DNA from: Clostridia bacterium | GTDB lineage: Bacteria > Bacillota > Clostridia > Oscillospirales > CAG-272 | Length of the DNA: 64,000 nt | NCBI GenBank assembly: GCA_017520505.1 | Contig: JAFXFN010000018.1 | Coordinates: 184,061-248,060 of the forward strand | Direction: 5' to 3' | Shown: positions 10,338-19,634 of the stretch, piece by piece | Layout: each line of letters starts with the position of its first letter | Position numbering within the stretch: the stretch's first letter is position 1 | Translations under genes and position numbers: made by a program | Notes under the pieces: generated by a model | Told to the model about the DNA's origin: nothing | Database searches by the model: none | The model's input: the letters and a program-made list of their open reading frames with translations, nothing else

Positions 10338-11615
10338 TTATTTAAGTGCTTTGAGCGCTGTCTGTCCGATATCCGAACGCATATGCTTCTTTTCGAAATT
10401 TATCATTTCTGCGCCCTCATAAGCCTTTTTAATTGCATTTTCAAGCGTGTCAGCGACCGCTGTAACACCGAGAACACGACCGCCTGAGGTCAGTATTTCA
10501 CCGTTCTCGGAAAGCTTCGTGCCTGCGTGGTAAACTGTAACGTTATCAAGAGTGTCAACTTTTCCGAAGTCGATTACCTTACCCGTTTCGTATTTTTTCG
10601 GATAACCGCCCGATGCGACTACCACACAGCAAGCACAGCCACCATCAAACTCAACGTTTATTTCATCAAGTCTTTCATCCTCGACCGCCTTCATAATTTC
10701 AAAAAGATCGGTTTTCAAAAGCGGTAAAACGACCTGTGTTTCGGGATCTCCGAAACGGCAGTTGTATTCAATCACGTACGGCTTGCCGTCGCATATCATA
10801 AGCCCGAAGTAAAGACAGCCTTTAAAGGTTCTTCCCTCTTTCTTCATCGCTTCAATAGTCGGGATGAATATTTCCTTCATACAGACATCGGCAACGTCGG
10901 GTGTATAATAGGGGTTAGGTGCTATCGTACCCATTCCGCCCGTGTTGTCACCCTTGTCATTATCAAGCGCACGCTTGTGGTCCATAGACGAAACCATAGG
11001 AACAACTGTCTTACCGTCGGTAAACGCCAAAACGGAAACCTCAACACCCTTCAAAAACTGTTCAATTACGATATTTGAACCGCTTTCGCCGAATATTTTA
11101 TCCTCCATCATTGAAATGACAGCCGCTTTTGCAGAATCAAAATTTTCTGCAATTACAACACCTTTTCCGAGAGCAAGACCGTCAGCCTTGATAACTATCG
11201 GATATGATGACTTTTCAAGATAATCGATGGCTGACTTCTTATCGGTAAACACCTCATAGAATGCTGTGGGTATTCCGTATTTCTTCATAAGGTCCTTTGA
11301 AAAGACCTTACTACCCTCTATTATTGCGGCATCCGCACACGGACCGAAGCATTTGATGCCGACCTTGTGAAGTGCATCAACAGCACCCAAAACAAGCGGA
11401 TCGTCGGGTGCTACCACCGCAAAATCTATTTTATTTTCGGTAGCAAATTTAACGATGCCGTCAATATCCTTTGCGCCTATATTTACACATTCCGCATCAC
11501 GTGATATACCGCCGTTACCGGGAAGTGCGTAAAGCTTCGTTATTTCTTTGTTTTCCTTGAGCTTTTTTATAATCGTATGCTCACGGCCGCCGCCGCCTAC
11601 AACAAGTACGTTCAT
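10338..11615 (-). CDS. purD: Phosphoribosylamine--glycine ligase
   Basis: The N-terminus MNVLVVGGGGREHTI... and the ATP-grasp core are the canonical PurD pattern. Confidence 0.93.
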   Translation of the reverse strand: MNVLVVGGGGREHTIIKKLKENKEITKLYALPGNGGISRDAECVNIGAKDIDGIVKFATENKIDFAVVAPDDPLVLGAVDALHKVGIKCFGPCADAAIIEGSKVFSKDLMKKYGIPTAFYEVFTDKKSAIDYLEKSSYPIVIKADGLALGKGVVIAENFDSAKAAVISMMEDKIFGESGSNIVIEQFLKGVEVSVLAFTDGKTVVPMVSSMDHKRALDNDKGDNTGGMGTIAPNPYYTPDVADVCMKEIFIPTIEAMKKEGRTFKGCLYFGLMICDGKPYVIEYNCRFGDPETQVVLPLLKTDLFEIMKAVEDERLDEINVEFDGGCACCVVVASGGYPKKYETGKVIDFGKVDTLDNVTVYHAGTKLSENGEILTSGGRVLGVTAVADTLENAIKKAYEGAEMINFEKKHMRSDIGQTALKALK

Positions 11616-11630
11616 TTTATCACCCTTTCA

Positions 11631-12815
11631 TCAATGGTGGAACAGACGTATCTTTGTAAACGCCATTGCCATACCGTATTTATCAGCACATTCAATTACA
11701 AGATCGTCACGGATAGAGCCGCCCGGCTCTGCAATATATTCAACACCGCTTCTTCTTGCACGCTCAATGTTATCGGAGAACGGGAAGAATGCATCGGAAC
11801 CGAGTGAAACACCCGACATAGTTGCAAGATACGCTTTCTTTTCCTCACGTGTGAGGGGTTCGGGGCGTACGGCGAAGAAATTCTGCCATACGTCATCGCC
11901 GAGAACATCCTCATAATCCTCTGAAACGTATACGTCTATGCAGTTGTTTTTATCTGCAAGCGCCATTCCTTCTTTGAACTGAAGGCCAAGCGTCTTGGGA
12001 TGCTGACGCAAAAACCAAACGTCTGCTTTGTTTCCTGCAAGTCTTGTACAGTGAACTCTTGACTGCTGACCCGCACCGACACCTATCGTCTGACCGCCCT
12101 TTGCATAGCAAACGGAGTTTGACTGTGTGTATTTAAGCGTAATAAGGGAAATTATAAGGTCACGCTTTGCATCCTCGGGAATTTCCTTTTTAGCTGTTAC
12201 AACATCGGAAAGAATGTCGTTGTCTATTTTCAGCTCATTTCTTCCCTGCTCAAACGTAATGCCGTATACCTGCTTGCGTTCGATGGGATCGGGTGTGTAA
12301 TTTTCATCTATCTTTACGATGTTGTATGCGCCCTTACGCTTTAATTTGAGAATTTCAAGTGCTTCGTCTGTGTAGCCGGGAGCAATAACACCGTCGGACA
12401 CCTCACGCTTGATTATGAGAGCTGTTGCCTTGTCGCAAACGTCGGAAAGTGCTATCCAATCACCGAATGATGACATTCTGTCAGTTCCTCTTGCTCTTGC
12501 ATATGCCCAAGCTAAAGGTGATTCATCAAATCCGGGGATATCCTCAACGAAGTATATCTTCTTGAGTATATCGTCAAGCGGTACTGCAACTGCCGCACCT
12601 GCGGGAGAAACATGCTTGAATGATGCCGCTGACGGAAGCTTTGTAGCTACCTTCAATTCTTTTACAAGCTGATAGGAGTTAAATGCATCAAGAAAGTTTA
12701 TGTACCCCGGACGTCCCGAAAGAACCTCAATGGGAAGCTCTGAGCCGTTATCCATATATATTTTAGACGGCTTCTGGTTGGGGTTACAGCCGTATTTAAG
12801 TTCAAATTCCTTCAT
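11631..12815 (-). CDS. purH: AICAR formyltransferase (stand-alone PurH transformylase domain, no MGS-like IMPCH domain)
   Basis: 394 aa starting MKEFELKYGCNPNQKP. This is the AICARFT domain only, within the pur operon. Confidence 0.85.
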   Translation of the reverse strand: MKEFELKYGCNPNQKPSKIYMDNGSELPIEVLSGRPGYINFLDAFNSYQLVKELKVATKLPSAASFKHVSPAGAAVAVPLDDILKKIYFVEDIPGFDESPLAWAYARARGTDRMSSFGDWIALSDVCDKATALIIKREVSDGVIAPGYTDEALEILKLKRKGAYNIVKIDENYTPDPIERKQVYGITFEQGRNELKIDNDILSDVVTAKKEIPEDAKRDLIISLITLKYTQSNSVCYAKGGQTIGVGAGQQSRVHCTRLAGNKADVWFLRQHPKTLGLQFKEGMALADKNNCIDVYVSEDYEDVLGDDVWQNFFAVRPEPLTREEKKAYLATMSGVSLGSDAFFPFSDNIERARRSGVEYIAEPGGSIRDDLVIECADKYGMAMAFTKIRLFHH

Positions 12816-12829
12816 TTCAAATTCTCCCT

Positions 12830-13540
12830 TTATTTGTTTTTGTTTTCGATTATCGTTTTAGTTTCACCCGTTGCAAGGTCTGTATAACGCACAAACAAAG
12901 ATACTTTATTGTCTTCGTTGAGGTTCTCCCACAAAAGCTTTGTAAATTCTTCAATGTCCTCACCGATCGTGATTCTTTCAGGCTCACCCTCAAACGTGGG
13001 AATGGGATCACCGTCGTGCATATACGTATGAATGAAGTGTGCAACACCGCTTATAGGCTCATACTCATAAAAATATCTGTTGCAGGCAGAACCGTTTTCG
13101 TCAGCACTCTTCAAAATACTCATTTTGTAAGTGAAGTCACCGTCTTTGAATGTAAGCATACCGCTTATTCTGGGTGTGAAGTTGGGTGCATCAGGCTCAA
13201 ACTCACGTGTGCGGAGCGCCTTGCAGAAGCAACCGCCCTCTTTAAGCGATTCGTATACTGTATCAGTCTGGTCACCGTTTGTAACGATAAGCTTATTTTC
13301 GTATTTTCTTACGGGGTAGTAAATAATGAGAGAGGGATCTTTGAGCTTTGAGGGATCGTATGCCTTTGTTCTTACGTCCTCGCCCTCGGCAACGAATACT
13401 CTGTTTCTTGAGTTTTCGCTTCTGCCCATTATAAAGTATGCACTTACCGCATATTTACCGTCTGAGGATTTTCCGATTATAATACCTCTTCCCGGATACG
13501 TATTTTCCGAAAGTAATTTTTTAATATCGTACGTTGTCAT
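12830..13540 (-). CDS. IMP cyclohydrolase, PurO-like (non-PurH type)
   Basis: The sequence ENTYPGRGIIIGKSSDGKYAVSAYFIMGRSENSRNRVF is characteristic of the PurO-like IMP cyclohydrolase family. It lies between purN and the AICARFT gene. Confidence 0.75.
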   Translation of the reverse strand: MTTYDIKKLLSENTYPGRGIIIGKSSDGKYAVSAYFIMGRSENSRNRVFVAEGEDVRTKAYDPSKLKDPSLIIYYPVRKYENKLIVTNGDQTDTVYESLKEGGCFCKALRTREFEPDAPNFTPRISGMLTFKDGDFTYKMSILKSADENGSACNRYFYEYEPISGVAHFIHTYMHDGDPIPTFEGEPERITIGEDIEEFTKLLWENLNEDNKVSLFVRYTDLATGETKTIIENKNK

Positions 13541-14142
13541 TATTTACTCTCCTTTATTTGCTTACATATTTTTTCTGCCGCTTCGGGCAAAATTATCCAT
13601 TCCGCATTTTCCATTACACGCTTTTGCAAAATTTCGGGTGTATCACCGTCCAAAATTTCGACCGCCTTTTGTGCGATTATCTTACCGCCGTCGGGTATTT
13701 CGTTAACGAAATGCACCGTTGCACCCGTGACCTTGACACCGTAATTCAGTGCCGCCTCGTGCACGTGAAGACCGTAAAAGCCCTCACCGCAAAATGACGG
13801 AATCAGTGACGGATGCACGTTTATAATTCTGTTTTCGTATCTCTTTGTGAAATCAGCACTTAGTATGCACATAAAGCCTGCAAGGATTATAAGCTCAATT
13901 TCATTTTCTTCAAGAAGCTTTATTATCTTTTCTTCAAATTCTCTTGCATCCCTGCACTCTTTTTTGAGAACAACAGCTGTTTTGATACCGTTATTTTCAG
14001 CACGAGTAAGCGCATACGCATCTTTTTTGTTTGAAATAACAAGGCTTATTTCACCGTTTTTGATTATGCCCGACTTTTCAGCATCGATAAGCGCTTGAAG
14101 ATTTGTGCCTCCGCCTGAAACGAGCACGCCTATCTTTACCAT
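13540..14142 (-). CDS. purN: Phosphoribosylglycinamide formyltransferase
   Basis: [20 protein letters not shown]...NVHPSLIP...G matches the PurN formyltransferase motifs. Confidence 0.92.
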   Translation of the reverse strand: MVKIGVLVSGGGTNLQALIDAEKSGIIKNGEISLVISNKKDAYALTRAENNGIKTAVVLKKECRDAREFEEKIIKLLEENEIELIILAGFMCILSADFTKRYENRIINVHPSLIPSFCGEGFYGLHVHEAALNYGVKVTGATVHFVNEIPDGGKIIAQKAVEILDGDTPEILQKRVMENAEWIILPEAAEKICKQIKESK

Positions 14143-15173
14143 ATCTTAACGCCCTCGATACCTGCTTTGACTTCGCCCATAATATACGCTTTTTCACCGT
14201 TTTCGTTGAGAATTTCAACAGCCTTGTCAGCATCCTCGGGAGAAACGACGACACACATACCTACACCCATATTGAACGTATTGAACATATCACGCTTGGG
14301 AATGTCGCCCTCTTTCTGAATGAGTGAGAAGATGGGAGGTATCTTTACCTTTGCTTCTTCGATAGATGCGCCGAAGCCCTCGGGAATAGTTCTCGGAATA
14401 TTCTCGTAAAATCCACCGCCGGTTATGTGGGAAATTCCCTTTACATCAACCTTTTCAAGAAGTGAAAGTATGGGCTTTACGTATATCTTCGTAGGCGTCA
14501 AGAGGGATTCACCTATCGTCATTCCAAGCTCATCGGAATGAGTAAATGCGTTCTTCTCATCTTTAAGAAGCACACGTCTTACAAGAGAAAAGCCGTTTGA
14601 GTGTACACCGCTTGACGGAATTGCAATAATAACGTCACCGTCTTTGATCTTTGAGTTGTCGATTATCTTCGATTTATCGACCATACCTACAGTAAAGCCT
14701 GCAAGGTCGTATTCGTCTATCGGATAAAATCCGGGCATTTCGGCAGTTTCGCCGCCTATGAGTGCGGCACCTGACTGACGGCATCCGTCAGCAATACCCG
14801 AAACGATTGCGGCAATTTTTTCCGGAACGTTCTTACCGCAAGCGATATAGTCAAGGAAAAACAAAGGAGCAGCACCGCAGCAAATAACATCATTTACACA
14901 CATCGCAACGCAGTCAATGCCGACAGTATCGTGCTTATCGAGAATGAACGCAAGCTTGAGCTTCGTACCGACCCCGTCTGTACCCGAAACAAGCACGGGG
15001 GATGACATTCCCTTTATATTCGGCTCAAAAAGTCCGCCGAATCCGCCTATACCCGAAACAACGCCTGACGTTGTCGTGGATGCAATATGCTTCTTCATAA
15101 GCTCAACAGCACGGTATCCCGCTGTTATATCAACGCCTGCCTGCTTGTAGCTTTCACTGTAACTTTTACTCAT
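14136..15173 (-). CDS. purM: Phosphoribosylformylglycinamidine cyclo-ligase (AIR synthetase)
   Basis: SYKQAGVDI...GIGGFGGLF...[10 protein letters not shown] matches the PurM signature. Confidence 0.93.
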   Translation of the reverse strand: MSKSYSESYKQAGVDITAGYRAVELMKKHIASTTTSGVVSGIGGFGGLFEPNIKGMSSPVLVSGTDGVGTKLKLAFILDKHDTVGIDCVAMCVNDVICCGAAPLFFLDYIACGKNVPEKIAAIVSGIADGCRQSGAALIGGETAEMPGFYPIDEYDLAGFTVGMVDKSKIIDNSKIKDGDVIIAIPSSGVHSNGFSLVRRVLLKDEKNAFTHSDELGMTIGESLLTPTKIYVKPILSLLEKVDVKGISHITGGGFYENIPRTIPEGFGASIEEAKVKIPPIFSLIQKEGDIPKRDMFNTFNMGVGMCVVVSPEDADKAVEILNENGEKAYIMGEVKAGIEGVKIW

Positions 15174-15187
15174 TTTTTACACCATCC

Positions 15188-15676
15188 TTATATTTTTTCC
15201 TGGAGTTCTTTATCTTTTTTAAGTACGTCTTCTCTCATTTTTTCTCTTGATGCAACAAGCTTTTCGGAAAGCTCGTCATCTGTTAAAGCAATTATCTGAA
15301 GCGCTAAATGTGCGGCGTTTTTCGCACCGTTTATTGCAACCGTTGCCACGGGAAGTCCTGTCGGCATCTGTACGGTTGACAAAAGTGCGTCCATACCGTC
15401 AAGCGCTGCTGACTTCATCGGTATACCTATTACGGGAAGCGTTGTATTTGCCGCCGCCGCCCCTGCAAGATGCGCCGCCATACCTGCCGCACAGATTATA
15501 ACGCCGAAACCATTTTCACGTGCAGAGGAGAAAAACTCCTTTGCCTCTACGGGTGTTCTGTGTGCAGAATAGATATGCGCCTCATAAGGAACACCGTATT
15601 CCTTCAAAACCTTGACAGTACCCTCAACAACGGGAAAGTCACTGTCCGAACCCATAATTACCGCAACCTTTTTCAT
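15188..15676 (-). CDS. purE: 5-(carboxyamino)imidazole ribonucleotide mutase / AIR carboxylase catalytic subunit
   Basis: [13 protein letters not shown]...SAHRTP...AGMAAHLAG matches the PurE signature. It is the first gene of the operon. RBS GGAGG lies upstream. Confidence 0.92.
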   Translation of the reverse strand: MKKVAVIMGSDSDFPVVEGTVKVLKEYGVPYEAHIYSAHRTPVEAKEFFSSARENGFGVIICAAGMAAHLAGAAAANTTLPVIGIPMKSAALDGMDALLSTVQMPTGLPVATVAINGAKNAAHLALQIIALTDDELSEKLVASREKMREDVLKKDKELQEKI

Positions 15677-15715
15677 AAATCCTCCAAAAGCTTAAACAAG
15701 AGTTTTTTTATAAGT

Positions 15716-15756
15716 AAAAACAGCCTAAAGCAGTACGAAATGTACGCCTTTAGGCT
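15716..15756 (-). terminator. Intrinsic terminator inside the pur operon leader (attenuator)
   Basis: On the minus strand, AGCCTAAAG (15756-15748) pairs with CTTTAGGCT (15730-15722), with an inner GTAC/GTAC extension. A TTTTT run (15720-15716) follows. The hairpin lies between the promoter and the purE start. Confidence 0.7.
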
Positions 15757-15864
15757 GTAAATGTGCGCAATAATCCCGAAGAAAAAAGCAATTTTGTCTT
15801 AACGATACGTTTAATCATATCCTTTGCCTTCCTTTCTTCGGAAAGTACCTATAATAATATATAT

Positions 15865-15893
15865 AATATATCATAAAAATTGTTTTATTGCAA
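15865..15893 (-). promoter_or_regulatory. Sigma-A-type promoter of the pur operon
   Basis: Minus strand TTGCAA (15893-15888), 17-nt spacer, TATATT (15870-15865). Confidence 0.55.
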
Positions 15894-15924
15894 TAGCTAT
15901 TGACGTTTTTTTGTAAATAATTTT

Positions 15925-15954
15925 AAAAAGCGATATGCAATTTTGCACATCGCT
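15925..15954 (-). terminator. Intrinsic terminator downstream of the GDPD lipoprotein gene
   Basis: Minus strand AGCGATGTGCA/TGCATATCGCT hairpin (one G-U pair) followed by a T-run. Confidence 0.6.
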
Positions 15955-15963
15955 TAATAAATA

Positions 15964-18594
15964 TTATCCCGCTGACACCGTAACAGGCTGTGAATACACA
16001 CAAACAAGCTTGCCACTGCCATTGATCTTATATTTTGCTTTGAAAATGACCACAGCATCTCCTGCTTCATTTGCTGTAAACGTACCGTCTTCATACTTGA
16101 CCGTACCGTTTCCGTCAATCACCGTCATTTCAACATCGGGTGTAATTACATCACCCGAATAAGTCAGCGCTTTTATATCAGCTTTCAATTCTTCGCCGAC
16201 GGTTATTGAATATGATTCTTCGGGAGTTAAAAACTTGATATAATCCTTTACAAAATCTGCTCTGTTAGTCGTTATTCCCCAAGTGCCTGCAAGATAGAAG
16301 TCTGCAAAGGATCTTGCATCATTGACCGTCCACGGCCATATTGAAACACCTCTGTGTGAAGCGGACTGCATAAGCTCTGCATTGACTCTGCCATAGCTTG
16401 GATTGAACGTGCTGTCATAATTTGACACCTTGTTCAGAATATTTGAAAGCGACGATGCATCATCGTTGAGGTATCCGCACGAAAGCTCGGGGATGCTTTT
16501 TCTGACCTGATTTATCTGCTGTGCATGGAATGATATAACACAGCACTGATCCATAATATCATACTGCTCAATGAGCTTTTTGAGTTCTCTCACTATCCTC
16601 GTCTGCGTGCTTTTGATTTCGATAAACAAATTAACGCCCGTCCCCTTGAACGTCTTGAAGTAATCCTCAAGCGTCGGTATCGGTTGCGGTGCAACACCGC
16701 CGAAATAATCAACAGAATACTGTGAAAGCTGTGCATAAGTCATCGACTCTATACTGCCTGCACCGTTTGTTGTTCTGTCGATAGTGCCGTCGTGCATAAC
16801 GACGATGACATCATCTTTCGTTATGTATATGTCGTTTTCAATGATGCTTGCACCGTATTCTGATGCCAAAAGTGAGCCGTATATCGTATTTTCGGGAGCT
16901 GACTGAGGTATACCTCTGTGCCCTATTATCAGCACGGGACGGACAAGAGAATTCCGTGAAAATACGGAGCTTGTCAAGCAATCCTCAAGAAGATGTCTGT
17001 CAGTTGTAAGTATTCCGTTAGCACCTGAGGTTATAAGCTTATAAAGCTCAACCTTATCATTTTTATCCGCCTTATACCATACGGTTATGGCGAGAGAGTT
17101 GAGATAATTCGTGTTTTCCGACGTTGCCAAAGCTACCGGAAGCAGACAAACTCTGCTTGTGCTTCTGTTTGTCATATCACGTATATCGGAGGTAGAAAGC
17201 TTTGAAACATCTTCATTGGTAAGATCAAGTATACTCTTTGCAAGCTTGTGATATCTTTTAAACTCACCTATTACATCAGAGTTACCTATAACCATTACGT
17301 CATTATATTTGTTTTCTTTAAGATGCTCTGCGGTTATCTTTGCGGAATTTTTGTCAACAGGTCTGAAAACAGGTATAATTTTCCCGTCAAGATACGACAT
17401 TGCTTCGTCAATGCTTGCGATCTTTTCACCGTTTTTATTTATCACCGACACCTCACCGTTCATTTCAGACGTGGAAAGTATGGCGTTTGAGGGTGAATTT
17501 TCAAGAATTTTTTCAAACTCCTCAATGCTTGTTATTTCGGTTATGACAGATGAATAAAGTGCTATTTTTGTATCAAGCTGCCGCACATCGGCAAAGCCCT
17601 TTTCGAGAATGAATTTTTCAGCTTCATAAAAATCGACTGTAATCTTAACGTCCTCTATCTGTGCTGTTGCACCGCACACCTGAAAGCCCACTCTGCCTGT
17701 CGGGAAGTCTGAAAGCCCATCGGTCGTTTCTATTATTTTCTCACCGTTAACGTATGCAGCCCCGTAATATCCGTGAACATCTGCTGTAAACTCGTACATT
17801 TTGTCGGGTGAAAGCGCCTCGTTGAATGATCCCTTACCGTTATATGACCACTCAGCACGTTCATTTCTGTGCGCAAGCTCAATCCCATCGGAAAGAGATG
17901 CATTGGCTCTGACACAAAGCTGATAATACGGAGCATCATTATTCTGCACCCTGTACATAAGAGACATCCATCTTTTTTCATCAGCCTTCTGCGTGATGGT
18001 AGCATTTGCCTTTATTTTATAATCGCCGAATTCTCCTATAAAATCGGGAAGCAAAACTCTAACATAGTCAGAGCTTGCACGTGGTGCTGAAAGCACCATT
18101 TTTCCGTCTTTTACATCAAACGTACCGTTTGTTTTTTGTATAACATTAAAGTCCTCTGCCTTGGCATTTTCAAAATCGTTTGAATAAAGCACGTATTCAT
18201 CCGACTCGCTTGCCCTTACTATGAGGTAAATATTTTTGCTTTTTTCGCCGTACTGTGCTTTGAGTGTATACACCCCTGGATTTGCGGGGGTAACACAGCA
18301 GTTTTCATCTATTTGTATTTCCTCTGATAACCAAACTATTTTTTCACGTGTGGTCGTAACACCGAGCGAAAGCTGAACGTCATACGACAAAAGATTTATC
18401 TCTTTTCCAACGTCTGCAGGGATTGCAGGTGTTGTGAACCACACAACTCCCAGCCTTTCGGGCAGATTTTCATCAAGTGATTCTGTAGTTATTCCGCTTG
18501 TGTCTGTAGTTATCGTTCCATTATTTTCCGCCGTACACGATGCAAGTGTAAGCAAGGCGAGAAAAAGTGAAAATGTTTTAAGTATTTTTTTCAT
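15964..18594 (-). CDS. Large multidomain lipoprotein with a glycerophosphodiester phosphodiesterase (GDPD) domain
   Basis: Lipobox LALLTLASC. GDPD motifs IIGHRGIPQSAPENT...ENDIYITKDDVIVVMHDGTIDRTTNG. N- and C-terminal beta-rich (Ig-like or lectin-like) regions are not assigned. Confidence 0.75.
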   Translation of the reverse strand: MKKILKTFSLFLALLTLASCTAENNGTITTDTSGITTESLDENLPERLGVVWFTTPAIPADVGKEINLLSYDVQLSLGVTTTREKIVWLSEEIQIDENCCVTPANPGVYTLKAQYGEKSKNIYLIVRASESDEYVLYSNDFENAKAEDFNVIQKTNGTFDVKDGKMVLSAPRASSDYVRVLLPDFIGEFGDYKIKANATITQKADEKRWMSLMYRVQNNDAPYYQLCVRANASLSDGIELAHRNERAEWSYNGKGSFNEALSPDKMYEFTADVHGYYGAAYVNGEKIIETTDGLSDFPTGRVGFQVCGATAQIEDVKITVDFYEAEKFILEKGFADVRQLDTKIALYSSVITEITSIEEFEKILENSPSNAILSTSEMNGEVSVINKNGEKIASIDEAMSYLDGKIIPVFRPVDKNSAKITAEHLKENKYNDVMVIGNSDVIGEFKRYHKLAKSILDLTNEDVSKLSTSDIRDMTNRSTSRVCLLPVALATSENTNYLNSLAITVWYKADKNDKVELYKLITSGANGILTTDRHLLEDCLTSSVFSRNSLVRPVLIIGHRGIPQSAPENTIYGSLLASEYGASIIENDIYITKDDVIVVMHDGTIDRTTNGAGSIESMTYAQLSQYSVDYFGGVAPQPIPTLEDYFKTFKGTGVNLFIEIKSTQTRIVRELKKLIEQYDIMDQCCVISFHAQQINQVRKSIPELSCGYLNDDASSLSNILNKVSNYDSTFNPSYGRVNAELMQSASHRGVSIWPWTVNDARSFADFYLAGTWGITTNRADFVKDYIKFLTPEESYSITVGEELKADIKALTYSGDVITPDVEMTVIDGNGTVKYEDGTFTANEAGDAVVIFKAKYKINGSGKLVCVYSQPVTVSAG

Positions 18595-18606
18595 AACAAC
18601 TCCTTT

Positions 18607-19509
18607 TTATGTCGATGGAAGCTCGGAAACATTGTCAACATATCTGTATGCGTGCATAAAGCTTGTTATCGTTTCATTAAACGGCTGACCGCTTGTATTG
18701 TACGCTGAATAATCCGCACCGAAATTCGGAACATTTTCACATCTTATTCTGTTCTGACTTCCCGCATCGTAACGGTAGAATTTACCGTCAGATGATTTAC
18801 CTGCACACAGAAACACGTGTGCGGGATAAGTTTTACCGGAGGATGACGTTGCGGGAATTACAAACACTATGTCCCCTGCCTGAAGTCCCCTTGCATTTTC
18901 TATTTTCTCAAAACCTTTTCCCTCAAGGTACGTATTCATATCGTGCACGCTTCCGTTATTCCATACAAACAGACCCGAATTTGTGGGCTGATCCTTATAT
19001 CCGAGATTATACAGCGCCCAACCTACGAAACGGTCACACGAAACGATCTTTTCGCGAAGCTGGCTTCCGCCGAGAAATCTTTCATACGTAACACCGGGAT
19101 TTGTTTTGGCATCACCGTAAGCATACTGTTTCATTTTCATAAAATCGGCAACGTGCTTCGCTTCGCCTAAAAGCTTCGTTACAAATTCGCTGTACTTACC
19201 GTAAACAAAATTGCCCTCTTCGTCATATACAGCGTATCCGAGTGCGGCATTATACGGATCGTCAACGTACAAGCGTGCCGCATCAAGATCCTTATATTCA
19301 AAAATGTCAAGTCTTAGTTCTTCCTCTTTCGGCTCTGCATAGCGGCGTACATAATAAACAGTTTCCACCTTTTCAGTTTCCTTTGTTGTCATTTCAGCCT
19401 CCGTAACTGTATCTGTATCTGTATTTTCCGTACTTGTATTATTTTTATCAGTTGAGCAACCACCGAGAAAAAGCGATAAAGCAAGCAAAAAAACAAATAT
19501 TTTTTTCAT
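18607..19509 (-). CDS. Lipoprotein, possible papain-fold (NlpC/P60- or CHAP-like) cysteine hydrolase
   Basis: Lipobox LFLGGCS. A Cys context (VSCDRFVGWALY) and a later His context (YPAHVFLCAG) resemble a Cys-His hydrolase, but the assignment is tentative. Confidence 0.4.
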   Translation of the reverse strand: MKKIFVFLLALSLFLGGCSTDKNNTSTENTDTDTVTEAEMTTKETEKVETVYYVRRYAEPKEEELRLDIFEYKDLDAARLYVDDPYNAALGYAVYDEEGNFVYGKYSEFVTKLLGEAKHVADFMKMKQYAYGDAKTNPGVTYERFLGGSQLREKIVSCDRFVGWALYNLGYKDQPTNSGLFVWNNGSVHDMNTYLEGKGFEKIENARGLQAGDIVFVIPATSSSGKTYPAHVFLCAGKSSDGKFYRYDAGSQNRIRCENVPNFGADYSAYNTSGQPFNETITSFMHAYRYVDNVSELPST

Positions 19510-19588
19510 AGTAAAAATTACCTTTCGAATTAAGTTATTTTAATTATATCATACACTTTTGATAAAATCAACACGCAAGACGAAATTT

Positions 19589-19622
19589 AAAAAGCAGACA
19601 CACCGAACGATGTGTCTGCTTT
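19589..19622 (-). terminator. Intrinsic terminator downstream of hppA
   Basis: Minus strand AAAGCAGACACA-TCGTTCGG-TGTGTCTGCTTT followed by TT and an A/T-rich tail. Confidence 0.75.
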
Positions 19623-19634
19623 AAATTCTGCAGA

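Noticed and set aside
15774-15843. Guanine/adenine (purine) riboswitch upstream of purE
   Set aside because: A P1-like helix and a GGAUAUG string are present. However, the conserved J2/3 and L3 cores (UUUCUACC, CCGUAAAU) and the three-way junction pairing cannot be found, so it is not called as a purine riboswitch.
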